A stretch of 64,000 bases of DNA from a virus, in the IMG/VR virus record IMGVR_UViG_3300025168_000033, positions 64,001 to 128,000 of that record, one strand, 5' to 3'. Positions 63,895 to 64,000 of this stretch are shown here, piece after piece; position 1 is the first letter of the stretch; each line of letters opens with the position of its first letter. The notes beneath the pieces were generated by a model that saw only the letters and a program-made list of their open reading frames with translations, was not told where the DNA came from and made no database searches. The translations under genes were made by a program, and so were the position numbers.

Positions 63895-64000
63895 TTATGA
63901 TTTTGATGGACCGTCGACAGAAACAGTATTACTTCTTGTCTGTGGTATTTCTTTTGAATCTATAGAAGTAAGTGCAGGTGTAATTGGTGCTACTGCAGCC
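63895..64000 (-). CDS. 3' end of a gene entering from the right edge (..AAVAPITPALTSIDSKEIPQTRSNTVSVDGPSKS*)
   Basis: Open frame from the window end to TAA at 63897-63895. Confidence 0.5.
   Translation of the reverse strand, partial: AAVAPITPALTSIDSKEIPQTRSNTVSVDGPSKS

Noticed and set aside
1-64000. tRNA genes, CRISPR arrays, transposases, stop-codon recoding
   Set aside because: No cloverleaf or spaced repeat arrays seen in the short intergenic gaps; no transposase or integrase motifs; genes are full length in the standard code

Overview
This window is 64 kb of a strongly AT-rich, T4-like (myovirus-type) jumbo phage genome, with every credible gene on the minus strand. The host is probably in Bacteroidota, inferred from A-rich leaders that lack Shine-Dalgarno motifs. 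In transcription order (right to left) it holds five blocks. (1) A PAS protein, a ribosomal-protein-S1 homologue, a RimK ligase/protease fusion and an apparently inactivated amidoligase. (2) Neck, baseplate, fibre and tail genes (gp13, gp25, gp6, several very large unknown virion proteins, a tail-tube-like protein). (3) RuvC, ssb, primase, UvsY and UvsW. (4) An accessory block of about 10.6 kb (16.7-27.4 kb). (5) A replication block with a split family-B DNA polymerase, dUTPase, NrdB/NrdA, clamp, UvsX, helicase, gp47/gp46 and gp15. Main observations: (a) about 14 otherwise unrelated proteins share a T4 capsid-targeting-like leader, MK..(F/Y)..F(L/I/V)NE, with repeated prohead-protease-like xNE/xxE sites, which suggests a packaged and injected enzyme cocktail (two Pol-beta nucleotidyltransferases, an HxGH nucleotidyltransferase, a ParB/Srx enzyme, RimK, a membrane-active peptide, and possibly an RNA-ligase-like enzyme that carries the motif at its C-terminus). 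(b) An intergenic 23-mer in the 3' UTR of one nucleotidyltransferase gene matches 23S rRNA helix 69 at 19/23 positions and is antisense to it on the mRNA strand. (c) A probable -1 frameshift on an A9 run. (d) Two promoter motifs derived from the sequence (GATAWATAA and TGAAAC-N18-TAWAAY), one copy of the second pointing antisense. All calls come from reading motifs by eye; no database searches were run.
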